Part shown: piece by piece, positions 62,769 through 64,000 of the stretch
Layout of the letters: every line of letters begins with the position of its first letter
Numbering within the stretch: the first letter of the stretch is position 1
Assembly: GCA_030390025.1 (NCBI GenBank)
Contig: CM059433.1
Span: 4,960,001 to 5,024,000, forward strand
Direction: 5' to 3'
Origin: Squalus acanthias
Lineage: Eukaryota
Length of the DNA stretch: 64,000 nt
The notes under the pieces: model-generated
What the model saw: only the letters and a program-made list of their open reading frames with translations
What the model was told of the DNA's origin: nothing
Database searches by the model: none
Made by a program: the position numbers and the translations under genes

Positions 62769-62846
62769 GTAACACAATGGAATCATATCTTAATTGTTAA
62801 CAGTGGGTTCCCGGCATGTCACTGTAGCGCATCCAAGAAGCACATA

Positions 62847-63199
62847 CAGGAAACTCTTTGGTATCCGGCACTGACGGGACCGGGGTGGTGCCGGTTGATC
62901 GAAAGTTCCGGATAACGGAGAGTTATATCTACCGAGGCTATTTTTAACAAAGAAAAATAAAAAAAATCAAGAAATGTGCAGTATACAGTATTTGGGTACT
63001 CACCTACAGAATGTTGTGTTAAATGGATGGTGGAAGATGCTTGATTAAGTACAGTACTACCCCCACTGACTAACTCGGCGTTCTCGGGCTCGGACTCGGC
63101 AACATTGCTGGTTATTTGAGAGGAGTTTTCGGAGGATGATTTTTGCCGGTTAAGAGAGAATTCCGGATATTTAGGTGCCGGTTAAACAAGAGTTTCCTG
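62847..63199. mobile_element. Tc1/mariner-pogo (Tigger-like) MITE, 353 bp
   Basis: TIRs CAGGAAACTCTTTGGTATCCGGCAC and CAGGAAACTCTTGTTTAACCGGCAC, TA TSD on both sides. Confidence 0.85.
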
Positions 63200-64000
63200 T
63201 ACTTAATTTTGTTCAAACAATATTTTTAACTGGGCACCGGCTTTTTCTGGCAGTAAAATTGTGAGGCCATTGGCACTATTCATGGACATTCTTAACTTGG
63301 CCTTATTGCTGTGGTGTACTGGCATGATATCTGTACATTTCCCTAGGTTTTTTTTCTTAATATGAACCCGTCAAAAATTACTGCTGCTGTAACCTTCAAT
63401 CTCAGGAATTCTAATTCATGTCCACCCTGGTTTTTTTTCTCTTTATTGCACTCTGCATGGCACTCTTCAACCAGCCACTAGGAAGTGCACAAGGAATATT
63501 CTCGTCTGCTTTTGGAAGAGCCTTGCTTTCTTTTTAAGTACTTTGGCCCACTTATTTTCGTTGGAAAGAGTAACTTGCCTCTGTTTACCCTTCCTTGGAT
63601 GGGTCCTTTCATTTGCACAGCTGAGATGAGTTTGCCTTGTGGTGAATTTTAGCAGCAAAGCCTCAACTTTTGTGCACTGTCGTGCAACTTGCTGGTTTCC
63701 CTGTATATTGTGCAATCAGGTTATCTTTCACCAGTCTTTATCTTTCATAGGAACAAGAGTAGTTAATTCAGCCCCTCAAGCCTGTACCGCCATTCAATTA
63801 GACCATGACCAATCTGTATCTTAACTCTATTTGCTCCATTCTTGCAAGCCGGGATCTATTTTCTTTTTCCTAAAGTGAAAACGAATGGTTAAATTTTTTT
63901 TTTTTAAGTCTTTTGGAAACCAATGGAAGTCAGAAATGTAAAAGTGTCACGATCAGGGTACCTACTGACTGAATAAGTTTAAATTCCCTTTTTATTTGAT

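Overview
Vertebrate genomic DNA, very probably from a cartilaginous fish (inferred from the repeat landscape: CR1, L2, Deu-domain SINEs, Penelope and Harbinger elements). The whole window lies inside a ROCK2 (Rho-associated coiled-coil kinase 2) gene on the + strand. I spliced 17 internal GT-AG exons by hand (11160-62768; 2092 nt, 697 full codons, all phases consistent). They run from the end of the kinase domain and the AGC C-terminal tail through the coiled coil to about the start of the Rho-binding region. The introns are packed with transposable elements, often nested. These include a decayed two-gene PIF/Harbinger transposon interrupted by a Neptune-type Penelope retroelement whose inverted terminal repeats carry hammerhead-ribozyme motifs, several Harbinger-, Tigger- and hAT-type MITEs with readable TIRs and TSDs, a ~1.45 kb solo LTR, a near full-length L2 LINE, and many CR1 and SINE fragments. 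The best leads are the hammerhead motifs inside the ROCK2 pre-mRNA, a candidate 33-nt stop-containing cassette exon, and the unusually long solo LTR. I found nothing I can claim is a wholly new system. Exon letters A-Q are local labels, and TE family names come from motif recognition, not database searches.
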